Origin: a virus
Lineage: Duplodnaviria; Caudoviricetes
Direction: 5' to 3' (one strand)
Length of the DNA: 39,948 bases
Virus record (IMG/VR): IMGVR_UViG_3300020045_007761
Coordinates: 1 to 39,948 of that record
Shown here: positions 8,888 to 18,128 of the stretch, piece after piece
How positions within the stretch are numbered: position 1 is the stretch's first letter
Layout of the letters: every line of letters begins with the position of its first letter
The notes under the pieces: model-generated
Told to the model about the DNA's origin: nothing
Seen by the model: only the letters and a program-made list of their open reading frames with translations
The model's database searches: none
Position numbers and translations under genes: made by a program

Positions 8888-9297
8888 ATTTTATCCTCTA
8901 TTTCTTCGAAAAATTTATAATGTTGTTTTAATTCAACTGGATATTTTTGTTGCATATTTTCAAGAATATTAATAACATCAATATTTTTATATCTTTTCAT
9001 ATCTTTTTCTTGACACTCATGTAATAAAAAATTTAATGAGATAAAAGCCAACATCTCGAAAGATATAAACTCCATACTTATAGATAATTTTTGTATTTTA
9101 TGCAGCAATTCGATAGTTTTCTTTTTAACTTTTTTATTTTGCTTTTGCTTTTTAAAAATTAAAAAGTTATTTGATTGTTGCAACTGTTTAAACAATTCTT
9201 TATCTGTGAAATATTTATCGCCCTTTATGGTTTCATTTACTGCCCAAAAAAATATTAGGTAGTAAATATCAATTTTTGCTTGTTTATCTATTTTCAT
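8884..9297 (-). CDS. Hypothetical protein
   Basis: ORF with AAGGA RBS in a tightly packed operon. Confidence 0.65.
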   Translation of the reverse strand: MKIDKQAKIDIYYLIFFWAVNETIKGDKYFTDKELFKQLQQSNNFLIFKKQKQNKKVKKKTIELLHKIQKLSISMEFISFEMLAFISLNFLLHECQEKDMKRYKNIDVINILENMQQKYPVELKQHYKFFEEIEDKI

Positions 9298-9460
9298 TCA
9301 AACAATCCTTTGAATTTTTAAGAATTGTTTGAATATGAAAAGCTAATAATGGAGATAATACCAAAACAACAAAACAAAACGCAAATAATCCAACTGATAC
9401 AAAGCAACCAATACACGCTAAAATAATAAGTAAACTTATATTTCTAAAATACTTTTTCAT
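9284..9460 (-). CDS. 58-aa membrane protein (not in ORF track)
   Basis: MKKYFRNISLLIILACIGCFVSVGLFAFCFVVLVLSPLLAFHIQ...; AGGAG RBS. Confidence 0.65.
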   Translation of the reverse strand: MKKYFRNISLLIILACIGCFVSVGLFAFCFVVLVLSPLLAFHIQTILKNSKDCLNENR

Positions 9461-9556
9461 TCTAAACTCCTAATAATATTTAATAAAAGATTGATTGAAT
9501 TTTGTTTATTTCAATCAATCTTTTAACTATTTCTATCTTTTGTTGGTTTATTGTTT

Positions 9557-9775
9557 TCATACTATGTCCGAATAATCAGGAGCAGAATCCTCAATCATTT
9601 TTAGAACTTCGATATTTTTATTTCTAATCCCTAGTTTAAATTCAATCTGTTCTATATAATAAGATTGTTCTGTTTTGTTTAAAACACCATCATTATTTCT
9701 TTTAACTGTGTCAAGAAGAACACTCCATTGTTGTGGTGTTCTTTCTGTTTTTAAATCTACTTTATTTGGATTCAT
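9557..9775 (-). CDS. Hypothetical protein
   Basis: ORF with AAGGA RBS. Confidence 0.6.
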   Translation of the reverse strand: MNPNKVDLKTERTPQQWSVLLDTVKRNNDGVLNKTEQSYYIEQIEFKLGIRNKNIEVLKMIEDSAPDYSDIV

Positions 9776-9861
9776 TTATATTTCCTTTTTATATATGTTT
9801 CAATTAAACTATAAGCACAAAGAATAACTATTATTACTATATATGTTTCGTATCCATTCAT
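9772..9861 (-). CDS. 29-aa hydrophobic peptide (not in ORF track)
   Basis: MNGYETYIVIIVILCAYSLIETYIKRKYK; ATGA overlaps at both ends. Confidence 0.5.
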   Translation of the reverse strand: MNGYETYIVIIVILCAYSLIETYIKRKYK

Positions 9862-10346
9862 AATTTACAGACTCTATAATTAGCTTTATATAATGTTTCT
9901 TTTGGTTGTTCTTGCCATTTTTTCCATTTGCCATAAGCACTTTTTAACTTCCATTCTTCTTTTTGTTGTGGGTCTTGAACTCTTGAATTAATTTCTTTAA
10001 ATACTTCATCATCTGTTTTAATATCATCATAACCCATCTGTTCAGTTTCATTAATTGCAAATACTTTTATATCTTTTATCGTATCAACTATTTCAAATTC
10101 ATTTAAATTATCGTAATTTATATAATTAAAATACTTTTCTAATATTTCATCTTTACATGGTTGGATTAATTCTTTTGAGTAAATTGGTTCAAACAACTCT
10201 TCCAAAACATTACCAACAAAAACTAAATAATTAGCATTTGTTATGTTTCTATCTTTACGCCATTCTTTTAAGTTTTCCGTTAAAGTTTTATCTTCAACTT
10301 TTACATTAATCTTTGTATTTATTAAATCTAAGCATTCATTTCGCAT
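9858..10346 (-). CDS. Possible MazG-like/all-alpha NTP pyrophosphohydrolase
   Basis: LEELFE ... EIVDTIKDIKVFAINE pattern; resemblance only. Confidence 0.45.
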   Translation of the reverse strand: MRNECLDLINTKINVKVEDKTLTENLKEWRKDRNITNANYLVFVGNVLEELFEPIYSKELIQPCKDEILEKYFNYINYDNLNEFEIVDTIKDIKVFAINETEQMGYDDIKTDDEVFKEINSRVQDPQQKEEWKLKSAYGKWKKWQEQPKETLYKANYRVCKL

Positions 10347-10768
10347 TTTAATTCTCCAGCTAATATCATATTTAATTCATTTTGATAATCTCTTATCTTT
10401 TCCATTTCTTTTTCAACATTATCTTTTTTTCCTAATCTTAATTGATATTTTAAAATATTACCTTTTAAGAATCCTATATACTCATCTTTTGTAAGAGTAT
10501 TTTTAATTATATCTATTGCTTCTAAATCGTGCCATAGTTCATAATGTTTTGAGTTTGGATTTTTAACTTTGTTTGACTTGTTATCAACTTTTTCAAAATA
10601 TCCTAATTCATCTTCATTGAAATTATTAGCTTCATTGTTATCATCAAAAATCACATATTTTTTATCTTGTTGCCTTTGTGTTGCTATTTCATAAATTTCA
10701 TTAGCAGTAAATTTGCAAATTCCACTAATAGTATAAATACATTTTAATTTGTCCCCTATTTTATTCAT
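10328..10768 (-). CDS. DUF3310 domain protein
   Basis: VKNPNSKHY..EAIDII..GFLKGNILKYQLRLGKKD; GGAG RBS favours ATG 10768. Confidence 0.82.
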   Translation of the reverse strand: MNKIGDKLKCIYTISGICKFTANEIYEIATQRQQDKKYVIFDDNNEANNFNEDELGYFEKVDNKSNKVKNPNSKHYELWHDLEAIDIIKNTLTKDEYIGFLKGNILKYQLRLGKKDNVEKEMEKIRDYQNELNMILAGELKCEMNA

Positions 10769-10769
10769 C

Positions 10770-10889
10770 TTAAGCTCCATATTCCCAAAATTCGTGTTTA
10801 TGTGCTATTACACCAACCTGAATACAATTTGTTATATTTTCATATACCTTTATTACTTGATTATTTTTATCTTTGATTATCATTTTCAT
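10770..10889 (-). CDS. 39-aa hypothetical protein (not in ORF track)
   Basis: MKMIIKDKNNQVIKVYENITNCIQVGVIAHKHEFWEYGA; AGGA RBS; fills the gap between neighbours. Confidence 0.5.
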   Translation of the reverse strand: MKMIIKDKNNQVIKVYENITNCIQVGVIAHKHEFWEYGA

Positions 10890-11113
10890 ATTACTATTCC
10901 TCTTATTTTTAAAATTGCTTTTCTAAATGCTTGTTTATTTTCTCTTAAAGAATAATGACTCCAAATTGTCATACATTCTGCCATATCTTCTTTATAAAAC
11001 CAAATATTTATATGTGTATTTTTACAATCAATAGAAATATTTTTATTACTTTTTGAAATTTCTTTCACCAATCCAATTGCAAAATTAACTAATTGCCTTC
11101 TTGTTGTTTTCAT
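10886..11113 (-). CDS. Hypothetical protein
   Basis: AAGGAG RBS; first gene after a non-coding gap. Confidence 0.65.
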   Translation of the reverse strand: MKTTRRQLVNFAIGLVKEISKSNKNISIDCKNTHINIWFYKEDMAECMTIWSHYSLRENKQAFRKAILKIRGIVI

Positions 11114-11312
11114 TCTCTTTCTCCTTTAGTGTATAATTAACTAACTAAAGCATAAGAAGTAAATTTTTCACATAGACATACTTACGCTTTAATTAATCAA
11201 CATTTAGTTTTTAAAGAACCCATAAAGAAGTTTTACAACCTCTTTATAAATATAATTATATATGCTTATTTATTAATTTATGCTTAAATTTTAAAATTGT
11301 TTTAAATATTGT

Positions 11313-11660
11313 TCAAATTTCTCTAAAATCTAAAGTTGGATTTTGTAGTAAAAATAATCTTTTCTTTAATTGATAAACATCAGTTTTAAAGCCTTTTACA
11401 TCTTCAACTATAATATTCCCATTTTGTTCATATTTAAAATCTGCAATATATTTAATTTTACATAATGTTTTTTTATTCCATTTAATAGTAGGAATAATTT
11501 CAAACTCAGGCTGTAAAGTTAAGTTTTTAATCAAACCTTGTTTAGCTAATAAAATAAGTTCATCAAACCTTTTAGCTTCTTTTTTACTATCAAAAGTAAC
11601 TATATCACCATTTAATAGTTTTCTAGTTACTTTAATATTTTTATACTTTGATTGTTTCAT
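11313..11660 (-). CDS. DUF1064 family PD-(D/E)xK nuclease-like protein
   Basis: SKYKN, FDSKKEAKR, LQPEFE, YIADFKY, VEDVKG..YQLKKRLF. Confidence 0.88.
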   Translation of the reverse strand: MKQSKYKNIKVTRKLLNGDIVTFDSKKEAKRFDELILLAKQGLIKNLTLQPEFEIIPTIKWNKKTLCKIKYIADFKYEQNGNIIVEDVKGFKTDVYQLKKRLFLLQNPTLDFREI

Positions 11661-12157
11661 CTAACTGCTAAACTAGATTTTTTTTGTAAACCTATTCCAT
11701 ACTCACTTAAATCTTCACCTAATTTTATTGCATCTTTAATTTTTGTTTTATCCCATTCAATAGTTTTTTTAGTAAATTTTTCTAAAGTTTCATCTATTTT
11801 ATCAGGAACTACTACACTTTCACTATTTGTATAATAAAAAGTATATTCATCTGTTTTTAATTTTTCACCATCTAATAAAACCTCTTGAAAAAACTTAAGA
11901 TTATTTATTTGAGTTTCATTTTGTTTTTTTCTAGCTTGTAAAGATTTAATTTTAACATCTAAAGCATCATTTCTACTTTTATATTCTCTTTTTAGATCTT
12001 CAATATTATTAAGTTTTAATTCTTTTTTTTCTTCAAGCTCTTTTATAAAATGTGCTAAACTTTCATTTGAATAAATGAATTCTCCAGTTTCTTGGTTAAA
12101 CTCATTCATCATCTCTTCTAATTTTCTAAAACTATCTTTTATTTCAAATGTTGTCAT
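11657..12157 (-). CDS. Siphovirus Gp157 / Gam-like protein
   Basis: Coiled coil and DKTKIKDAIKLGE C-terminal motif; recombination context. Confidence 0.75.
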   Translation of the reverse strand: MTTFEIKDSFRKLEEMMNEFNQETGEFIYSNESLAHFIKELEEKKELKLNNIEDLKREYKSRNDALDVKIKSLQARKKQNETQINNLKFFQEVLLDGEKLKTDEYTFYYTNSESVVVPDKIDETLEKFTKKTIEWDKTKIKDAIKLGEDLSEYGIGLQKKSSLAVR

Positions 12158-12297
12158 TTTCTTTCCTTTTCATAATTATCTAATAAAATATCAAACATAG
12201 CTCTTATAGTTCTTTTTTCTTTTTTGGCTAATTGTTTAATTCTTTTTTGTGAATCCACACTTATACTAATAATTGTAAAATCAGTATCTTTCTTCAT
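12154..12297 (-). CDS. 47-aa ribbon-helix-helix-like DNA-binding protein (not in ORF track)
   Basis: MKKDTDFTIISISVDSQKRIKQLAKKEKRTIRAMFDILLDNYEKERK; overlaps both neighbours. Confidence 0.6.
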   Translation of the reverse strand: MKKDTDFTIISISVDSQKRIKQLAKKEKRTIRAMFDILLDNYEKERK

Positions 12298-13936
12298 ATT
12301 CTTCATTATTTAAATCCTTATCTTTATTTTTCCATTCATCAGGAGTATTTTCAACTAAAATTAAACCATATTTACCACGAGTTAAAGCAACATATTGAGC
12401 TGATAAACTTGCACCATAAAAACTATAATCAGTAACTATAACGCAAGGTATTGATAATCCTTGAGCTTTATGGATTGTTCTTGCAGTTGTTTTTCTAGCA
12501 CTTACAATTTTATTAGTAGATAAAAAATCACCCCATCTTTTTTTTCTTTCTATACTTTCCCAATGTCCACTAAACCATGCCATAAAATCTTTAAAAGTTT
12601 TATTTTGTTTTAAAGCATATTCAATCTCACCATCTAAACTTTGAATTGCTAAACTATCAAATTTTTTATACCAATTTTTAATAGTTTTTAATACTCTTAA
12701 TCTAGGTAATAATGCAGTAAATTTATCTTGAATAGCTTTTGCAAATTCATCTTCTGAATTATCCCAAAGTAATATAAAATGTTTATCATTTACACAAGCT
12801 AAAGTAGTATGTTCTAATACATCTTCGGGTGGAAAACTTATATAAATTTTATCTTCAATAGGCTCTTTTGCTAAAAAACCATTACTACAACTTTCATGAG
12901 CTGATACAGTTAATCCATTTTTTTTAGAGTTCATAGATATTGAATAACCTTTATATTTGCAAAAACCAAATTTAGCTAACATTCTTGTTTCATTTTGTAG
13001 TAAATCTATTTTTACATCTTCACCATTATAAAAAATTGGTACATCTTGGAACTTTCTAGCATAATATCCATTTGAATTAAGTTTTGGATTACCTTGACTA
13101 TCTTCATCAACTACCATTCTAGTTTCAACTATTCCACTATTTAAACAATATAAATTATGTCCATCTTGAGTTAAATTATTAACTAAATATTCAACTAAAG
13201 CGTTTCTATATCCAACAGTAGTACATTGACTATTTCTTGGAATATAATTACAATTTTTCCAATCTATTTTTACTATATTTCTATTATTAACATAATCATC
13301 TAAATTGAAGTTTGATAAATTTCCCTCTTTATAAGATTTAAAATCATCAAATAGTTTTACCATAGCTTCATCTTTAGCTCTTAAAGTTTTAGTTAGCGTA
13401 TATTTTAAATCTACAAACTTATCCCATTCAACTTTTTTTTCTTTTACTGGTGGCAATTGTTCGCTATCCATAACAAAAAAAACAAATGGGAAGTTAAATT
13501 TTTTAATAGCACTAAATAGTTTTTCACCAATCATTGAAGCTTCATCAATAATTAAAATATCAGGAATTAAACTATCTGTATTTTCTTTAACAGTTAGTTG
13601 TAAAGCATCTTCAACTTTTTCTGCATTATCATTAGCTTCCATTTTTAAACCTAAAAAACTATGTATAGTTTTTCCACCCAATGCACTACTAGCTTTACCA
13701 GTTGATGCTGTAACTGCTAAACTTATATCATTTTGATTACAATAATTTTGTAAAGCTCTTATTAAAGTAGTTTTACCACTTCCACTTCTTGCATCAAGTA
13801 AAGCATATTTTACTTTTTTATAATTAGCTAAAACATCTCTAAATATATTTGCCTGATCCTCAGTTAATACTCTTTTACCTTGACTATCTTCGTTATCCAT
13901 TTTTTCAAAATGACTTACCCATTCACTTAATTTCAT
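12281..13936 (-). CDS. SF1 helicase (Dda/RecD-like)
   Basis: ARSGSGKTT, ASTGKA, TIHSFL, IIDEASM, DSEQLPPV, TIHKAQG, YVALTR. Confidence 0.9.
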   Translation of the reverse strand: MKLSEWVSHFEKMDNEDSQGKRVLTEDQANIFRDVLANYKKVKYALLDARSGSGKTTLIRALQNYCNQNDISLAVTASTGKASSALGGKTIHSFLGLKMEANDNAEKVEDALQLTVKENTDSLIPDILIIDEASMIGEKLFSAIKKFNFPFVFFVMDSEQLPPVKEKKVEWDKFVDLKYTLTKTLRAKDEAMVKLFDDFKSYKEGNLSNFNLDDYVNNRNIVKIDWKNCNYIPRNSQCTTVGYRNALVEYLVNNLTQDGHNLYCLNSGIVETRMVVDEDSQGNPKLNSNGYYARKFQDVPIFYNGEDVKIDLLQNETRMLAKFGFCKYKGYSISMNSKKNGLTVSAHESCSNGFLAKEPIEDKIYISFPPEDVLEHTTLACVNDKHFILLWDNSEDEFAKAIQDKFTALLPRLRVLKTIKNWYKKFDSLAIQSLDGEIEYALKQNKTFKDFMAWFSGHWESIERKKRWGDFLSTNKIVSARKTTARTIHKAQGLSIPCVIVTDYSFYGASLSAQYVALTRGKYGLILVENTPDEWKNKDKDLNNEEYEERY

Positions 13937-13945
13937 CTTTTCCCT

Positions 13946-14203
13946 TTAAAATAATAGACTTGCTAATATAGTATCTCTTGATTCTTGTGTATCAAAAATT
14001 TTTATAAATTCATCAAAAACAAATATAAAATCAGTTGATTCTACTATATTGCAAATATCTTCATGCCAGTAATCACCACAAAAATATACTTTTTTGCTAT
14101 CTTTGCTGATTACAAACATATGAAAATATAACTTATCATCATCTTTAGATAGTCGATTACCTATTCCACAACTAGCTATTAAATCTTCTAAGTTATTTTT
14201 CAT
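13946..14203 (-). CDS. Hypothetical protein
   Basis: ORF coupled to the upstream gene. Confidence 0.6.
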   Translation of the reverse strand: MKNNLEDLIASCGIGNRLSKDDDKLYFHMFVISKDSKKVYFCGDYWHEDICNIVESTDFIFVFDEFIKIFDTQESRDTILASLLF

Positions 14204-14901
14204 TATCTACCCCATTTACTCTTTTTTGGCTCTTCACTACTTGATTCAGTAGCTTCTTTTTTTCCACCAAAATTAGTTCTCTCTTTTACTTCTTTGATGA
14301 TCTCTTTAAATTCTTTTTTCTTATCTAGCCATTTATCAAGTTTAGTTTTAGTACCCTCTTTAGGCTCTTCTTTGTTAAATAATCCAGTTTCAACATTAAA
14401 GAAATGTTCAATTCTTGGTGATTCTTTACTATCTGCACCCTCAATTATTCTTTCAATTTGAATACAAGCACCAACACTTTTACTAATTAAATCAGGGAAA
14501 CCGTCACCTTTTAAATCTTCAAGTTCTTCTGTGTCTTTGTTATAAGCTTTATATTCCACTTCTTTAGGCTCAATATCAAAAATTTCTTTTTCTAAAACTA
14601 ATTGAAATAAACTATTAGCAATTGTTAATCCAATATGTTGTTTTTTAACATTATTTCTTTTGTCAATAAAATAAGTATTTCCATCTTTACCTAAAATTGT
14701 AAAATATTCTCTTGCAGCTTCACCATTTTCATTAACTACATCAATAACTAAAGATAAACTTTTAGAGTCTTTTTGTTGGCTTTCCGATAATCTAGCACCA
14801 GTAATTGTAACTTCATAAGCATTTGATTCTTGTATTCTATTGCTACCACTTGATAACTCTTCTACTACTACTACTTCTTCTTCTTTTTTAATCCATGACA
14901 T
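14203..14901 (-). CDS. Putative ssDNA-binding protein
   Basis: Beta-rich N-terminus (YEVTITGA), charged tail, adjacent to ERF; inference. Confidence 0.5.
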   Translation of the reverse strand: MSWIKKEEEVVVVEELSSGSNRIQESNAYEVTITGARLSESQQKDSKSLSLVIDVVNENGEAAREYFTILGKDGNTYFIDKRNNVKKQHIGLTIANSLFQLVLEKEIFDIEPKEVEYKAYNKDTEELEDLKGDGFPDLISKSVGACIQIERIIEGADSKESPRIEHFFNVETGLFNKEEPKEGTKTKLDKWLDKKKEFKEIIKEVKERTNFGGKKEATESSSEEPKKSKWGR

Positions 14902-14915
14902 AATTAATCCTTTTT

Positions 14916-15341
14916 TTATTGATTTATATTTTCTATTTGCATTTGTTCTGCATCTTTATCACTTCCAGCAATTGAAAGTAATGATTGTACATTGTATCTA
15001 GTAAGATAAGATATTGTACTTCCTAGCATCATGACATCGCTATCTGTTTTTTTTGTTGGCTCAATCAATGGAAAACATAATTCATTTTTTATAAATTCAT
15101 TTCCAAAACATAAAGTAGTTATAACCTTAACCCATGGTAAAGCATCTCTAACAAAAACAGATGAACTACTTGTTAAAGCTAAACCATTAGAACTTAAAAC
15201 TGGCAAAGCTACCTCATAAATTTTAGATAAAGTAAGATATTTAAAATTATAACCCTCTTTATCAACTGTAAAACTTTTTAACTCTTTGTGTGATTTACTC
15301 AAAGCTTTTGTTAAATTTTCTATACTTTCACTTGTTTTCAT
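14916..15341 (-). CDS. ERF-family ssDNA-annealing protein
   Basis: MKTSESIENLTKAL..GYNFKYLTL..GSTISYLTRY..DKDAE. Confidence 0.85.
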   Translation of the reverse strand: MKTSESIENLTKALSKSHKELKSFTVDKEGYNFKYLTLSKIYEVALPVLSSNGLALTSSSSVFVRDALPWVKVITTLCFGNEFIKNELCFPLIEPTKKTDSDVMMLGSTISYLTRYNVQSLLSIAGSDKDAEQMQIENINQ

Positions 15342-15422
15342 TTCTCCCTCTCTTTTGATATATTGAATTATTACATAATGAAACTTATAAAAAGCTTATA
15401 ATTTATTATAAACTTAATATAA

Positions 15423-16283
15423 TTAATTTTTTCCATTAGTTTTTAATGCACTACGATAAACAGCCATTAATTCATTAAATTTTACTCCACCTCTTGTATC
15501 ATTTTCAATAGTTATAAAATCTAAAACAGTTTGACTATCTAACCCATCATTTAACAACATACTAATAACTTTAAATAAACAATGATTTCTATTACCTTTG
15601 TAAAATTCATTATCTAGTAAAGTTCTAGCTCCTTTTAATTTTGGCTCAATACTATCGTTTTCATAATTTTCAACTTCCAAAACTTCACCAAAACTATTTA
15701 CCCATGAATTAGTCATTTCATCAATAATATAAATATCATCAAAATTAATATGTTTTATTTCTTTTGGTTGAGGTTTATTATTTTCAATTTTTAAAGGAAT
15801 TACTTTAAATGTAGATCCATCATTAAAAATAGAAATTGCATCTTTGGGACTTGAATAATAAAAACGACTTCTATTTCTGCAACTAGTATCTACAAAAGGA
15901 TAACGCTCCATAATATTATTTATAAAAAATTCTCTTATATCTACATCATCTAATGTTTCTTCTAATAAAAAAAATATTCTAAACCTATCACAAACTTTAT
16001 CATTTTTTAATTTTTGATGATTTCTTGAAGTTATTATCCAATATTTATAATTTTTAAATATTTCTTTTGCTTGCTCAATAGTGCAAACATCATCGATATC
16101 TAAAATTAAAACATCTTCACAACCCCAATAATTATCATCTTTTCTATAATTATCTTTAAACTTACAAGCACTATAACAAAAACCACTTTTTACTTTTTCT
16201 GATATATCTTCAAATTTTATTTCATAATTAATAAAGCCTTTTGGATTTTTTGCTTCATTGTGATTAGCTATTGATATTCTCAT
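15423..16283 (-). CDS. Primase/primpol-like protein with PriCT-like C-terminus
   Basis: LILDIDD, TSRNH, RFRIFF, DTSC..SRFYY, GNRNHCLF. Confidence 0.7.
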   Translation of the reverse strand: MRISIANHNEAKNPKGFINYEIKFEDISEKVKSGFCYSACKFKDNYRKDDNYWGCEDVLILDIDDVCTIEQAKEIFKNYKYWIITSRNHQKLKNDKVCDRFRIFFLLEETLDDVDIREFFINNIMERYPFVDTSCRNRSRFYYSSPKDAISIFNDGSTFKVIPLKIENNKPQPKEIKHINFDDIYIIDEMTNSWVNSFGEVLEVENYENDSIEPKLKGARTLLDNEFYKGNRNHCLFKVISMLLNDGLDSQTVLDFITIENDTRGGVKFNELMAVYRSALKTNGKN

Positions 16284-17322
16284 TTTTAGCCTTTAATTTA
16301 TTAGCCCACTTTTCACTCTTTTTAATATCAGGATTATTAGTATATGTTTTTAAATCTGATATTTTTTCTATCTTATGTGTTTCTCTATTATATTCTGTAA
16401 TAATTCCCTTTCTTTGATTTTCTTCAAAAATTCTGTTTTTTTCACAATACATCAATCTTTTTGTAGAATCTTTTTCACCCTCTAAAAGTTGAATAAATAG
16501 AGCCACATCGCTTTCATACTTCAATTTGTTTCCACCATGAAAATCATATATATTATTAATACTATCACTTTTTGATATTTGAGCAATAATTATAATTAAT
16601 ACTCCTAACTCTTTTTTCATTGTTGCTAACATATCTGTTAATTCAGTCATTTTTTGATATTCATTATCTCCAGCATAAATAGATAAATAACTATCAATAA
16701 TAAAAGCTCCCACTCCATCTTCTGCTCTTATTTGTATGGCTGTTGCTAAATCTTTAACATCTCTTGAACTAAAATCTAAAGTTATATTGTCTTTATATTT
16801 ACTATTAACTATTGATTTTAATTTGTTTTTTGCTTGGGGGTGTATTTCATTAAAAAATTGTACATCACCCATTTCAAAAGAAAAGAACTGAGTTTTAACA
16901 TCTTGTTGAGCTAAACTTGAAACTATTTGTAATGCAAGGGTAGTTTTACCAACAGCACTATCAGCACCAATAGAAATTAAACTATTTGAATATACACCTT
17001 TACCATTAAAGAATTCATTATCGAGTGCATCAATCCCTAGTTTATAATAATTATGTAAAACATTACCATTTAAATCTTTTTCTAATACACTATCCATTCT
17101 TTCAAAAAATTCACTTATTGTTTCATAAGCTCCTATTCTTGAAGCTCTAATATTTTGATAGTATTTTTCAATATCAGTTTTTAATTTTGATTTTTCAATC
17201 ATCATATTTTTGATAGTTTTAACATATTCACTATTTGCTTCATAATTCATAACATTAGCAACTGTTATTCTTTCATTTATTTCAAAACTTAACAGTTTAT
17301 ATCGTTCTTTTATTTCTTTCAT
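16264..17322 (-). CDS. DnaB-like/RecA-fold replicative helicase
   Basis: GADSAVGKTT, FFSFEM, FIIDSY, IIIAQISK, LKYESDVALF, EKNR. Confidence 0.8.
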   Translation of the reverse strand: MKEIKERYKLLSFEINERITVANVMNYEANSEYVKTIKNMMIEKSKLKTDIEKYYQNIRASRIGAYETISEFFERMDSVLEKDLNGNVLHNYYKLGIDALDNEFFNGKGVYSNSLISIGADSAVGKTTLALQIVSSLAQQDVKTQFFSFEMGDVQFFNEIHPQAKNKLKSIVNSKYKDNITLDFSSRDVKDLATAIQIRAEDGVGAFIIDSYLSIYAGDNEYQKMTELTDMLATMKKELGVLIIIIAQISKSDSINNIYDFHGGNKLKYESDVALFIQLLEGEKDSTKRLMYCEKNRIFEENQRKGIITEYNRETHKIEKISDLKTYTNNPDIKKSEKWANKLKAKNENINS

Positions 17323-18071
17323 TATATTTGATCCTCTATTGCTTCAATAAATTCTAAAAAGTTTAAATCATTTGAATCAAGAGCTTCATTTAATAATTCA
17401 TCATCTTGTATGTTTAAAACTTTCAACATTCCTACATCTAAATCTTTTCCAAATAAATTAAGTAATTCTTTTGGAGATTGTTTTAAGGTTTCATTTCTAA
17501 CATAACATAAAATAGTTTCAGGTTTATATTTATTAATTAAAGATACAAACTTTTCTTTAGTTTTAGTTTTGTTTGAGTTCTTTCTTGGATTACCATCTTT
17601 AGTTTTTTTAGTTTTTAAACATTGACTATGATTGTCCCAAATAACTTTAAATAAATTATCACACTCATTTGTGCCATCGTTAGATGGTGCATTATTATCA
17701 CTATCTACTTTATCTATATCTACCTTATCAACATTATCTATATCACTACTGTAATTTCGTACGATATTCGTATTACATTCGTACGAATCTTTTTTAAATT
17801 CATCAATAGATAATATATCATCATGTAAATATAGAGAATCTTTATAAGATTTTGTTTTTATTAACAATTCTTTATTTAATATTTCAACATCTTTTTCTTT
17901 TATTTTTATTTGTCTTGATATTGAATTTCTAGTTGCATTAAAACCAAAATATAAAACTAATTTTATATCCATGACTCTTGTATATTTTGAAACTGAGAAT
18001 TGTATAGACCCTCCAGTAAATTGATTGGGACTATATTCTGTTTTTGCTATTATGATTTTATCAATTAGCAT
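17322..18071 (-). CDS. Putative replication initiator
   Basis: First gene of the replication operon, upstream of the helicase, with a repetitive linker; inferred from position. Confidence 0.45.
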   Translation of the reverse strand: MLIDKIIIAKTEYSPNQFTGGSIQFSVSKYTRVMDIKLVLYFGFNATRNSISRQIKIKEKDVEILNKELLIKTKSYKDSLYLHDDILSIDEFKKDSYECNTNIVRNYSSDIDNVDKVDIDKVDSDNNAPSNDGTNECDNLFKVIWDNHSQCLKTKKTKDGNPRKNSNKTKTKEKFVSLINKYKPETILCYVRNETLKQSPKELLNLFGKDLDVGMLKVLNIQDDELLNEALDSNDLNFLEFIEAIEDQI

Positions 18072-18128
18072 ATAAACCTTTTTTGATTGCTAGTCTTTAA
18101 AGTAGTTAATTATATTTTATGAGAGAGA

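Noticed and set aside
8257-18071. Lysogeny module (integrase, CI repressor, att site)
   Set aside because: No tyrosine or serine recombinase motifs and no peptidase-S24-type repressor recognised. The ParB-like gene is IbrB-type with no parA, so plasmid-prophage partitioning is not supported.
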